Shown: in pieces, positions 37,005 to 50,089 of the stretch
How the letters are laid out: every line of letters starts with the position of its first letter
How positions within the stretch are numbered: the stretch's first letter is position 1
Assembly: GCF_006345805.1 (NCBI RefSeq)
Contig: NC_042998.1
Coordinates: 66,278,001-66,342,000, forward strand
Source of the DNA: Octopus sinensis
Taxonomy: Eukaryota
DNA length: 64,000 nucleotides
Direction: 5' to 3'
Made by a program: the position numbers and the translations under genes
The notes under the pieces: generated by a model
Told to the model about the DNA's origin: nothing
Databases searched by the model: none
The model's input: the letters and a program-made list of their open reading frames with translations, nothing else

Positions 37005-38589
37005 TATATATATAATGATACTCGAGAGAAACGGATGCACATAAGATGTGCACCAGGTAGGGTTGATTTAATTTGTGGTTGTCACCTATGGTCGAAAAAT
37101 ATCCAGGAAAAATATTCAAGTTATGCACACACAAAAAAATCCACCCCTACGAGTATTTAGCGCCTAGGGGCTGGTCGAAATACGCGTTGTGTTGATCGTG
37201 GCGCCTTATAGTGTATTATGAGCAAATGAATGATAACAGGCGATGGACAAATGTCATTCATGAACTGACATTTAGCCATTGTCTGTTATTATTCATTTGT
37301 GCCAGTGTATGTGTGTGTGTGGTGTGTGTGTGTGTGTGTTTGTATTAACTTGCTGAAAAGAGTGACGTAGCAACTTGCCGAACAATCTTACAGTATACAA
37401 AGACATATTACGACTTAAAATGTGTTATTTATAATATTGAACTGTCCTAACGGTAGGAATTTTAACATATATTCTATAAAACCTGCTAGTGTTTCTCGAC
37501 TAACCAGGAATAATAATTTGAATTAGTAAATGGTTGCAAGTAAGATATAAAATGTTACATGCCGGTTTGATACATTTAAATTCATCTAATGCGAAATGTA
37601 TCTAATTTTGCAGAAATTTCATACACATGACCTTATTCAACTCGTTGTCTCTTGCAAGCTTTTACTCAATTAATTTTGAGACATTTGACATATTTGTGAT
37701 CATAGCGATGCGCATGACATACTGTGGATACAGTCGGTTTTGGAGTCTTGACTTTACACGGTGTAAGACGGATATTGAAATTCATCATTGTCATTGAGGC
37801 GAAGAGGTTATCGATACGTGTTACCAATAGATTCTGAAGTAAATTTCTCAATAATCTGTTTTGAAATTGAATGAAGTTTTCTCCGGTATATTACTAATTA
37901 TGAAACGAAAGGTTTCGCTCACTCAGCGGGCAATTAATTTCGACCTGTCAGAAGACTGTAGGAAAAGCATTGAAGCTCATTTCGACATTGCTGCTTATTG
38001 TTCCAGCAAGCTTTGTCGTCAATGGTGCATCTGTTGGAACAACATGCCGGGAACTGAGCCAAATATTCCTTCACGCTATTTCTCGTCCAGAACGCAATGT
38101 TCGCTTTGAAAGAGTCAATATCCTTACTTTCAGTAAACTACATTCTTATTATTTCCTTGTTGTGAAAAATTCAGTTCTTAGAAGGGAGTAAATATGTATG
38201 ATAAGTATGGCAAATTTTTCTACAGACTCGGAGAATTAAACAAGGAAAAGTGGTCAAAAATGCAAGATAACAAAGAAGGGAACTACTGATATTTCTATGC
38301 GATACAATAGCTCTATGCAAACAATTGATAGTTATTTCTATTCTACCTGTTATACAATTATATTCATTACTCACCTAAATATGATAATGCATCACAGATT
38401 TCGTCATATCTATATGACCAGAATGTGTTGCTGATTACCAATACACAGAACATTAATAACTAGGCCATGTGGGGAAAACTTATATTTACGGGGAAAATGT
38501 TAATACAAGAGTAACCTTATTATCAGAAATGGGATGTTTACAGTAATGAAAGTGCAAGCGTAAATTATAAGAGGATTTGTTTATTCTTT

Positions 38590-38805
38590 TCTTCTCCAGA
38601 TACAAGGCCCGAAATTTTGGCGGAGGGGACCAGTCCATTAGATCTTCCCCAGCACAAACAACTAGTACTTATAATTTACGACCCTAAAAGGATGAAAGTC
38701 AAAGTCGAACTCGGCGGAATTTGAACTCAGAACGTAGTGGTAGACGAAATGCTTCTAAGCATTTCGCCTGCCGTACTAACGATTCTGCCAGCTCTCAGCC
38801 TTAAA
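38590..38805 (-). mobile_element. OK-like tRNA-derived SINE
   Basis: Reverse complement of the 10543/13088 family (ggatgaaagtcaaagtcgaactcggcggaatttgaactcag). Confidence 0.85.
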
Positions 38806-38984
38806 GGATTTGTTTATTGAAAACTGATTTGAAAATTTTGTTTTTGTATTTTCAAATGATTTTTCAATAAACTACTAATTTGAAGATCAGCAATTTGTAA
38901 AACATCACAAATGATTTCATATTTTTAATTACATTCACAGGAAAACAGAGGATAACACAAATGACGTGCAACTTCCAGTTATCT

Positions 38985-39400
38985 ATTTTTGCCGTCCCCT
39001 ATTCCTGAGAGGTAGGGGAGGTGGAGTCCTCAGCTTCTTTCTCCATCGCGTCCTCTCAGAAGTAATCGCCAATTACATTCTCCTGCCGGAACCTAAGGCA
39101 TGACCAACCGATACTAAGGTTGTTATCCAACCATCTCTCACGTGGTTTAATCCGACTCTACTTTCGGTTGGCTTGGCTTGAAGAATCTATTTTGCGATAC
39201 TTTTCTGCAGCATTCTACTCATAAATCTATGGTACTGTAACTATGAACCTTCAAATTGGAGAGTTATAGAGATGGAGATGATCTCTGATCCCCAAACTAC
39301 GAACCCCGTTGACTAATGTTATTCAAGAGAACCTTCAACACACTTCTTCTCCTGCTTGCATTCGCAATATATTAGGTGCATTGTGGCAATACAGAAAAAA
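38985..39400 (-). mobile_element. RTE-type LINE 3' remnant
   Basis: Minus translation ...K*ILQAKPTESR...W...RTRWRKKLRTPPPLP resembles RTE C-termini (QILQAKPTGKR...WR..L.LLPP.P). Confidence 0.55.
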
Positions 39401-40183
39401 AAGAACATTACCGGGTAGTAATTGTTCTTTCAATAGAAAGACTAATATTATTTCAAATAAAATGAGACCAAATTAGTAACGAGCAAACACCACAATAACT
39501 CACATACTGTTACTTTAACATTGCAAAATATATTATTCTGCTATCAAGTAGTAATAACATTTACAGATAAAAATACTTTATAGTAAAGAACAGATATAAA
39601 ACACACGGACACAATTGTCTGTGTGTCAACTCCACACATGAAATGGCACATCTTCAAGTAAACAGCTGCTTATTCATATAATGAAAGCGTAGTTCAACTA
39701 TACATTTATGTTTTATGATGTAATTAACGTCGAGAGAACACATATAATGCAGATAAGGGCGTAGATATTATATTTTATTTTACGAAATAATAGTGGGTAA
39801 AAACATACATTTGTCGTGGATATAAATATCGGAAGTATTAATGAATACTAACATATCAATAATAATTAAAACTATCACATTTCACAGAGTACCCATTATT
39901 ATAATCATCAACACCCTCATCACCATAATAATCAATTTTATAGTGATATTAATAACAATCAGAAGAAGACGGAGAAGAAGAAGAAGAAGAAGAAGAAGAA
40001 GAGAAGAAGAAGAAGAGAAGACGAAGAAGAAGAAGAAGAAGAAGAAGAAGAAGAAGAAGAAGAAAAATAAAGATGATTTACACGTATACGTATATATATG
40101 TAGAAACATATCCACACTCGCATATATATTCACACATATATATAAACATATATGTATGTAGATATATATATATATATATACAT

Positions 40184-40239
<56 letters not shown>

Positions 40240-40626
40240 CGACAGAAAATGGAGGTAATATTTATGAACAACAATTGATTTGGATCAATTATTATTTATT
40301 GATTATTTACAAAAAGACTGCATCCCATCTAACAGCTGTTTCTGCCGCCAATGTTCTTTGATATCACAATTATTATGCTAAACATATATATCATTGTTGG
40401 TAATAAAAACCGATTGGTGTAATGGTGCTTCATCAGAGTGGAAATAAATAAATAAAACGAAGAGACAAAGAAAGAAGAAGGAAAGGTTGAATATCGTGAG
40501 AATCAAGTAATGTTGTGTGTGTTTCTCCCTAGGACGTTAAATAAATGACTAAACCTATAAAGGAGTATTCAGCTGGATGACCCCATGTACGGTGGCATAG
40601 GGTGAATAAATTATAATAATAATAGC

Positions 40627-40666
<40 letters not shown>

Positions 40667-40672
40667 GTAATG

Positions 40673-40761
<89 letters not shown>

Positions 40762-42697
40762 AAGAACAGTAATAGCTGTTTCGTAAAAAGGATAGGCCAA
40801 GAAATGAGTAACCATACAATAAAGTGTTAAAATATTAAATATCATTATTAGTAATAATTATGTTTGTAGTTCTAAGTAATAGTATTTATCATAATAAAGT
40901 GCGTATTGATTAATGTAGTTTTTACTTACTAATAGTTATGTTAGTCAATCCACCGCTTGTCCAAATTGAGATAGACGAGGGTCAAATGTCCGATATGATT
41001 TGGTCAGTTAGAATTTAAAAACAAAAGACCAGGTATTAAATACGGTGTAAATCAATTTTAAAATGATATATGCAGTAAGGGGCCCGAAGTCGCTTACGAC
41101 AATACAGAATAAACTAAAATAAAATACAATGAAATGAAATAATATAAGACTAATAAGATAACATTAAATTTTAGAGAATTACCTATATGGACAATTAGGG
41201 ATTTAGAAGGTTAAGGGGTAAATATTCTAAAGTCCATAATGTCAAGAAAATAAAAGTATAAAATAAATAAGAATAACATGAAAAAGAAAACAAGGAAACA
41301 ACTTTTGCCTGGGTCATTTAGGACTCGGTATGGGTAAGGGGAGGTAATAAATGGGTTTAAAAGTGGTCGGAATTGGAAATTTATAAAGCCATCAATCAGT
41401 CCCTTGATTAACCACTCAGTACACCTAATCAGTGAACTAAATTATTAATCAATCAATTGATTGGCTAAATAATCAATTAGTCAATCAGCCAACTGATCAA
41501 TTAAATAATTTCAATGTATATATCTCTATAATTAATAATTAAATTATTACAAATGGATAAAGTTACAAAATATGTATACAGATACAAACTCCTACTAAAA
41601 TATGCTCATATGTATATATATATATATAGTTCAGCAAAACAATTTAGATTCAAATGAATATGGTACTTAATTTAGATGCACCAGAATTTTTTATGGTATT
41701 ACCCATAAAGTTATGTGGGGTGATTATAACAAAAAATAAACAACAAGAATGGATCCGGAAATTTAGTACAATTGTTTTATACTATAACAATTTATTAAGG
41801 CTGCAAATATTACAGCAAATATAATATGTCAAGTAATCTTCAGCTAATTTCATATAGGTTTTCCAATAATGTAAAGTTCTTAAATCAATTAGTAACATCT
41901 TAGAGAGTGCAAATATACCCATAAAGTTGTAGATATGAGTTCCAGGAACTTGAAATAGGATGCCAGGCAAACCAAGATTAAGTTCATATATGTTTTCCAA
42001 CAATGTAATGTTCTCAAATCAATTAGTAACATCCCAGAGAAGGTAAAAATACCGAGAAAGTTGTGGATATGAATTTCAGGAAACATGAAGAAAGATGCCA
42101 GTCAGTTCACATCTAACTGTTGCAACAAAAAAATTCTTTAGTGATAGGAATGGTAGTATAGTAGGTTGAGGAAGCAGATTAGCTGGAGAAAAGAACAGAA
42201 GGGGAAAAAGATTGGGGGATGTAAAAGGACAAAGACAGATTGACACTAGAAAGAAGGGTCAGTCTATTTCTATGGTGACAGAAAAATTAGGTTAGTGTGG
42301 GAGGAACATTAAATTCTTAAGAGACCGTAAGGTTGACCAAACCTTACTTTCAAATGAAAGCCATCAGAATTTATAGTAGGAGTTAGGAGAAAGGGAGATA
42401 TAAGGAAAGAAATAAGAGGGTTTTAGGTTATCGACAGAGAAAGATACAGTAAGAAAATCAAGATTAACACTAGAATAGAAGGCTATATATTTTTTTTTAT
42501 TTTTATTTTAACTTCTATTTTTGTATGGAGAGAAAGAATCTAGGTCACTATCTAGAGGTCAATTAAATTCAATAGCAAATGGTCAAATTTATAGTGAAAG
42601 TCAGATTATAACTGGGGGAATAGTATTACATGTTAAATTTAGAATGGAATTGGGAAAATGAGCAATTCTATGATTTAAGTAATTTAGTTGACTATAA

Positions 42698-43490
42698 AGT
42701 CAATTAAAAGTTGGTATACTATATTTTCTATTTATTATTATATTAGAAAGATACAATTAGAAAACAATAGGAAAACCTTCAAATTTCTATTTGAAATATT
42801 TTAAAGTTCTGATTTTTGAATGAATGCAAGACGGACCTAACTCTAGACGATTATTTAGTAGATTTTAATTTTTTCTATTAGATCATAAGGCAGGTTGCAC
42901 TACGCTATCTAGCATAATTTGGGAACTCAAAACTAAAAATATTAAATATAACCTAAAATGGGAAATAGTTAGAAGGGCAATACCTTACAGAAATAATAGA
43001 GTAGGCTGTCAACTCTGTTCTATGGAGAACTACGAGATTTTAAAGTATAGGAAAAATAAAAATCTACTAAATAATCGTCTAGATTTAGGTTGTCTTGCAT
43101 TCATTCAAAAATCAGAACTTTAAAATATTTCAAATAGAAATTTGAAGGTTTTCCTATTGTTTTCTAACTGTATCTTTTTAATATAATAATAATATGGGAT
43201 ATAATATACCAACTTTTAACTGACTGCGAGGTAAATTTATTTTAATCCTCTCGCAGGAAGGATTAATTTGACGGGTCGTGTTCTGTCTTGCCTTCGAAAC
43301 ACGCCAGGGTCGAACAAGTGACAGCTGATGAAGGGGATTTTTCCTTGTGTAGTATGTCCTGTACTCTGTTTTTCTGTTGTAAAAAAATGGTTTTTCCGTT
43401 TTCGTTTCTGGTTGAGTTCTACGTCTCTGTTTTTCTGTTGTAAAAAAATGGTTTATACGTTTTCGTTTCTCGTTGAGTTCTACGTCTAGT
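42698..43490 (+). mobile_element. Penelope-like element 3' fragment (GIY-YIG C-terminal region) with inverted 5' duplication and pLTR-like tail
   Basis: 42899-43123 encodes TTLSSIIWELKTKNIKYNLKWEIVRRAIPYRNNRVGCQLCSMENYEILKYRKNKNLLNNR, the T.LS..IW.LK...W.I...A.PY...C.LC...LN.R pattern of PLE endonuclease C-termini. 42698-42877 is an inverted copy of 43048-43225; 61-bp tandem x2 at 43365-43486. Confidence 0.8.
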
Positions 43491-43668
43491 TGTGGTGTCC
43501 TGTACTCACGTATATATATTTATATATGCATGTATATATACATGTAGATGTAGGTACGTACATATATGTTTGTATGTATGCAAATATTTTATTTATTACA
43601 CTATTGTTTGACAGCGCCCACGTGTCGGTTCGATTCGCTTCGTTCCGTTCTTATTCTCCCAGTACTGT

Positions 43669-43705
<37 letters not shown>

Positions 43706-43722
43706 ATGTATGTATATAATAT

Positions 43723-43797
<75 letters not shown>

Positions 43798-44736
43798 TAT
43801 ATACATACACATACATAGTGAGAATTTACAAAAAAGAGAAGACGAAGACAGTTGTGTAAACAACAAACAAATGTATTAGTTTAACGCTCAGGAATTGAGA
43901 AAGTCTTTTAGGTTTTGAGCCTACGCTCTTCGACGGAAAGGAATACAGAAATATACAGGAAGAGAAAATAGAAAAAGGGTTACTGGCTAGTGCAATATAA
44001 ACAAAATGGAGACTTTCAGTTCAAGAAATTTAATTTCTTTACATAACTGACGATTACGTAATGCCTACGATTGTTTTAATATTCACTTCATTTATTTTGT
44101 AATTCACAATTGCATTATGAGTTCAGAATGCAGAAATCTCCTCAGGGCCACAAAATCTACATAAGTATCTTTACATCGTAATAGATTGAGTGTTCATTAT
44201 AGACTAAAATAGCAGCATGCGATTTTTGTGTGTATTTGTGTGTGTGTGTGAGAGTATCTTAGTATGTTTGCCTTTAAGCTTAACTGTCATGAGAGCCTTC
44301 TTTCTCTATGTGTGTGTCATTGAAAGGTTATTTGTCTTTGGAGTTCTGTTCTAAAAATAGCCAAAATTTATAGTTTCGCGTTAACAGGCCAGTGGTTAGC
44401 TGCCATCTCGGTGAATTTAGGTCAAATACTACCATGCCCCTAAGTGATTAATATTGGTTTTTAGTGTCAGCATGTTGTTTTACTCTCTCCATACTCGCCG
44501 AAGGAATAAACAATAACTGTATATATTTTATTTTTTTAGTATCTAAATCTAATTGTTTTTTCTCTATTTATAACTAAATTTAGAAAATTTTCATTTAATT
44601 TTAAAATTTAAAAAATTTTTATTTCGTAGGTTTGTTTGTTTTGTTACCGCTTAGGATTAATATTTTCTTACTAATTATATCTATTTCAATAAGGGCATGA
44701 TTTTCTATGATTTCATATATATATATACACACACAC

Positions 44737-45071
44737 AATTATAAATAAAGGGTAAGACGAAAAAATGATACTCTTTGGCAATATGCTGGAAAATAGAAGC
44801 TAAAACGTCTAACCACATAAAATATTTTCACCTATAACAGCACATGCCGAAACGAGGAACGTAAGCTAACAGAAATTCATAAAAGTATAGTTATCCCCGA
44901 GAATAACTAAATAGTGTTATGAATTTCTGGGGATAACCATATTTTTATGAATCTCTGTTACCTTGCTTTCCTCGTTTCGACAGTGAAAATATTTTATGTG
45001 GTTCGACGTTTTAGCGTCTATTTTTCAGTATATTGGCAAAGGAATTTTTTTTCTTTTTGTCCTTATAATTA
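44737..45071. mobile_element. Fold-back/MITE, about 115-125-bp arms, 30-bp spacer
   Basis: 44773-44898 versus reverse complement of 44929-45041: high identity by eye apart from a 15-bp insert in the left arm. Confidence 0.85.
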
Positions 45072-45166
45072 CTTTTATAATTTTCACCTTAAAAGGTATT
45101 TTTATATGCTGGTCACTAATAAAAATTTTAATAAACTTTTATCCTTATATTAGATGTATATATATA

Positions 45167-46260
45167 TAGGGTATCCCAAAATTAAGGTACCCGATTCCTT
45201 TCAAGTTTGCCTAAGCAAAATATTGTTATATTTCGGGTCCGAGCGTTCAAATGCAATGGTAAAGGAAACACAATTATGACACTGCCACATTTATATTTAT
45301 ATTACCACCTGTGATTAGAATAACAGCATTACGTTTTGGTGCGCAGCTCTTCTTGCGGAATCTAACCCCTGCCCTGCCGCACTACTGCCTTCAGAGTGTC
45401 CAGCGAAGCATGAAGTGTGCTTAAGACCCTAGTTTTCAAAATGGGCCAAACACAAAAATTCAACAGGTTGAGATCGGAGCATATTTACGTATGAAAGACA
45501 GAATATGTTTTTCTGTATTCAGTGCTGTGTCTGTTAAAAATCTGTGGGATGGTGTCGAGTTATGTTAGAGGCTCCAACGTACGCCTTGAAAATGCTTATT
45601 CGATCGTCGAAGGACTTCAACTTCCAGAATGTCGCTAATACATCGCTGAGTATTAATTTTAACACCCGAGGATAGAAAAATGAGCCCCACCCAACCCCAA
45701 TACTTACCCGATTGTAGATTTTAACGTCGAATTACGAATCTATCATCGACGGAGTCAGAAAAACTCCAAAGTCTGTCATTCTGGATGTATACTGTCTGTT
45801 CGATGTCTAATTAGTTTTCATCACTAAACACCTGTCTGGCCAGCATGCCTTCAGCAATCTCACGCACGATAAGACGACTTCTCTCAAGTCTCATGGCCAT
45901 GTTAACTTGTGTGAGCTGATGTCGAAAAATCATCATGTAGGGTTGACTCTGGAGATCTTCCTCAATCACTCGATACATCGATGTTCAGCTATTCTATGCT
46001 GTGGCAGCCAGTTTTCTGACGGAGCAATGAGGATTTCACTGTATCTTTTCTCTAGTGCTTTTGATAAATTGAGTGGTCCGCACACTTCTTCTTCAGCTAC
46101 GCTCAGGTCAGTCAGCGGTAGAACCGGTCCCCTGAAATTTCTTGGCAGTTTTCCAGTCTCTTGTTCGGTTAATTTTAAGCTTTTTTGCTATAGATCTATT
46201 ACTGTCACCTACTTTATGGAAGGTGATGATTGTATTTCTGTCAATAGCCATTATCTAATT
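45167..46260 (-). mobile_element. Decayed Tc1/mariner-superfamily transposon (DDxD-type remnants)
   Basis: Minus translation RRRSVRTTQFIKSTREKIQ*NPHCSVRKLA, VFSDEN*LDIEQTVYIQNDRLW and SDLNLLNFCVWPIL; the second TIR was not found. Confidence 0.75.
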
Positions 46261-46371
46261 CATAAATCTGAATTTATTTAGTCTGAAGCAAAAAGAAGAC
46301 GCACTAAGATTTTATAATGATGTATTCTTTTCATATATTATTTCATTTATAGATAGTTATTAAACCCGAAT

Positions 46372-46586
46372 AATTTCGGACGCGAGAAGATGCAGTCAAA
46401 ACGACCGAAACTACATTTAAAAGCAATTTCGAAGGGAATGAAAAATAAAAACCTTTACATTGTTATTTTTTACGGTTATACCTAGGTTTCAAATTTTTCT
46501 AACATAAATATAATTTGCCAGGTGAAAGTCCCTGCTCTTAAATGTGGTTTCAGTCGTTTTGACTGCTTCTTCTAGCGCGTGAAATT
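46372..46586. mobile_element. 215-bp MITE with about 54-bp imperfect TIRs
   Basis: aatttcggacgcgagaagatgcagtcaaaacgaccgaaactacatttaaaagca versus reverse complement aatttcacgcgctagaagaagcagtcaaaacgactgaaaccacatttaagagca. Confidence 0.75.
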
Positions 46587-46713
46587 ACCTGTTAAACGTA
46601 GATCTTCCTGTGTTTAAATGTACATTATTTTATATTGAGAATATGTTGTCTATTGACTTTTTATACATGCTAGGCCAGTGGTAGTGTAATTTCTAAAAAT
46701 ATTCGGTACCCCA

Positions 46714-46753
<40 letters not shown>

Positions 46754-46989
46754 TTTAATACAAATAAGAAAATGGAGGAACAAATTCATTTCGAACATCA
46801 ACTTACATATATTACCATTTCATATTATTTATTAATTAATTATATAAATAGGAACGTGAAAATCGAACAAAACAATATACATCAATATGCAAAATAATAA
46901 TGTCATAAGAATAATATAAATAAACTGCTCCTTACAGTATATTGGATAACTGATATATTGGATTACCCTCATAACCACTATCTTACTTT

Positions 46990-47107
<118 letters not shown>

Positions 47108-47214
47108 ATATGCATATATTTATATAACATATATATATATATATACATATGTATATATCAGTAATGCAATACAAAGTATTGCCTTCCAGTAAAAAGTAGC
47201 CCGTGAGGGAAAAA

Positions 47215-48084
47215 TACACAAATTAGTAAATAAATGGCACAACTAAGTACCGATATTTACTGGAAATAGCGAACGTAAAAATACGACGCTAATGTGTAGC
47301 TTCACCGCGTATGTATTAGCAAAAATGCGTGTGTGCAACAAATTACAGAAAAAAAAAACCGTCTTACCTCCAGGGAGAACATCTGAAAGATGAAACACCC
47401 GGAAAAGGATAATGTGGTACCTGCAGGTTTCAGGTTTTACAAGATATGTCTCTCACCCATATTTTGTTTTACCTTCATCAGCCAAACATATACCAAGACG
47501 AAATCTACGATGTTACCACATTAATTTAATTAAACTTGGCATTTAGCTTCTGTTAAGTCAAGTCCCTTAACCAAAAACTTTGGTTCTGGTGAACTTGGTG
47601 TTATAATAGCCAGTTGGCATTCCTCATTGTCCAGGAGGGCTGTAAATCTTTTGTTGATACCTGCCAAAACTGCATCGACCAAGAGGCCAAAACTGCATTG
47701 ACCAAGGGGCTGCAGTAGACAAGTTTTTGGTTAAGGGACTTGACTTAACAGAAGCTAAATGCCAAGTTTAATTAAATTAATGTGGCATACATCGTAGATT
47801 TCGTCTTGGTATATGTTTGGCTGATGAAGGTAAAATAAAATATGGGTGAGAGACATATCTTGTAAAACCTGAATCCTGCAGGTACCACATTATCCTTTTT
47901 CGGGTGTTTCATCTTTCAGATGTTCTCCCTGGAGGTAAGACGGGGTTTTTTTCTGTAATTTGTTGCACACGCATTTTTGCTAATACATACGCGGTGAAGC
48001 TACACATTAGCGTCGTATTTTTACGTTCGCTATTTCCAGTAAATATCGGTACTTAGTTGTGCCATTTATTTACTAATTTGTGTA
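47215..48084. repeat. Large near-perfect inverted repeat (366/364-bp arms, 140-bp spacer)
   Basis: 47215-47580 is the reverse complement of 47721-48084 with only a handful of differences; 23-bp tandem x2 in the spacer (47663-47708). Confidence 0.95.
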
Positions 48085-48169
48085 CATATGTATATATATA
48101 CATATATATATAATATAAATATATGCATATATAAATACATAGATGGGTACAGGATATAAAAAAAAAATT

Positions 48170-48890
48170 TGACCACAATGAGAAACGAAAACATAAAAAC
48201 AAAAACATAGAAAGGACCTTTTTTTCAAACAACGAAAAACACAGAGTACAAGACTTACAGCACAAGGAAAATCCCCGTTCTTCAGTTGTCCCTGTTTCGT
48301 CTACTCTGTGTTTCGAAAGTAAGAATAAGACGGGACTTCATTGAAACAGTCTTTCCCGCACAGGAAATTAAATAAAATTTGGGATTTTTTGCGGAGGGTA
48401 AAAGTGGTAACAAGAACAGGATAGTAAGAACAAAACAATATATTAAAAACAATAAAAAAATAAAAACGGTAAAAGACAGAACAATAAGAATAAAACAGTC
48501 AAAACAAACGATGACGGCTGTTAAGCCAACACGATAGAAAAATTATTTTGAACGCTTCAGGTGACAGCTTATGAAAGACAGGATAAGCTGGCCTGGTCTT
48601 GGTGAAGGTAGCAGTTGGAAAGATGGCTTCCCTCTGATCACGTGTCGGTGACGAGTGAGTCGAGGAGGAGGATGAGGTGGAGGAGTAAGAGCGAGGGAAC
48701 GGTGAAGGGGAGAGAAGAATAGGGAAGGGTGGGATTATGATGCGCACACTTCTCCCTTACTATTTCTTCCCTGTCTATCTCTCTCCCTCTCTTGTTCTTC
48801 ATCCTTACTGGTTTTCTCTCCAACCCTTTACCAAAAAGCAAAACAGTAATTGTTACTAAATGGGACAAGGTTGTTAGAAACACCAACATT
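48170..48890. mobile_element. Penelope-like remnants (inverted pLTR-like segment and small RT/EN scraps)
   Basis: 48200-48385 is the reverse complement of the family at 43230-43400; KSKTVIVTKWDK at about 48835-48870 resembles the PLE I.I.KADKG motif. Confidence 0.45.
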
Positions 48891-49336
48891 GCCAGAAATA
48901 AGAGCTAAAATGTGCTAATGCAGTAGTCAATACGCATAATTTTATGCATATATACTGACAGGGACTACAATTATCTGAAAATACCGATCGAGAATACCCT
49001 ATGTGACCGGTCAGTTAAGGCAATTCCAGTTACCTCATCAGTAAGGATTGGCTTGACTGCAGCAGATTCCGGACTACATACTCTGTCAGCATATTAGATT
49101 TCCTCATAAAAATCCATGGATGATTTGGCGAATCACTATTGTGCATGCAGAATATTAATATAGACAGCGGTTTTAAATATTTTACCAAACAATATAGATG
49201 TATACATCTACATGCTTCGACTACAGCATTAGAGCGTTTTGGCTGTCATTCCTAGAAATGAAGGTGTTTCTAACACGCTAGACACACGCTCGCACATACA
49301 CAAATACTCAAATATGTATATATATATATATATATA

Positions 49337-49715
49337 CTCTTTTACTTGTTTCAGTCATTTTGACTGCGGCAATGCTGGAGCACCGCCTTTAATCGAACAA
49401 CTCGACCTCGGGACTTATTCTTTTGTAAGCCCAGTACTTATTCTATCGGTCTCTTTTGCCGAACCGCTAGGTAACAGGGACATAAACACACCAACATCGG
49501 TTGTCAAGCCATGCTAAGGGCACAAATACAGACACACAAACACACACACGCATATATATATACATATATACGACGGGTTTCTTTCAGTTTCCGTCTACCA
49601 AATCCACTCACAAGGTTTTGGTCGGCCCGAGGCTATAGTAGAAGACACTTTCCCAAGGTGCCACGCAGTGGGACTGAACCCGGAGCCATATGGTTGGTAA
49701 ACAAGCTACTTACCT
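49337..49715 (-). mobile_element. tRNA-derived SINE with CORE-like ccttgggcaagtgtc motif, head truncated
   Basis: Nearly colinear with 50770-51162; the head is cut where the OR-like SINE at 49721 begins. Confidence 0.85.
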
Positions 49716-49720
49716 CATAG

Positions 49721-50020
49721 TGATCATCGTGACCGACCAGGCTATCAGAGGTTGCTACACATCGCTGGTCACAATGCACTTCGCATTGTTGTAGCCACCC
49801 CGCTGGCTAAGCGAGCAGGCCAACAGAAGAAAGAGTGAGAGAAAGATGTACAGTAGTCTGAATACAGTAGTACAGTAGGGTTAACCACCCCCTGCCGGAG
49901 CCTCGAGGAGCTTTAGGTGTTTTCGCTCAATAAACACATACAACATCCGGTCTGGGAATCGAAACCGCCATCCTACGACCACGAGTACGCTACCCTAGCC
50001 ACTAGGCCATTGCGCCTCCA
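49721..50020 (-). mobile_element. OR-like SINE
   Basis: Reverse complement of 15867-16172. Confidence 0.85.
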
Positions 50021-50045
50021 CATGTATAAAAATATATATATATAT

Positions 50046-50089
<44 letters not shown>

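Noticed and set aside
43290-43345. Type-II hammerhead (GAAAC ... CTGATGA order; related copy 48270-48320)
   Set aside because: Stem I has only 3 bp and no NUH triplet in either copy; kept only as a PLE-associated motif.
48951-49093. MITE with 11-bp TIR TAT(A/G)CTGACAG
   Set aside because: The TIR is short and imperfect, and no second full copy is visible; it could be chance.
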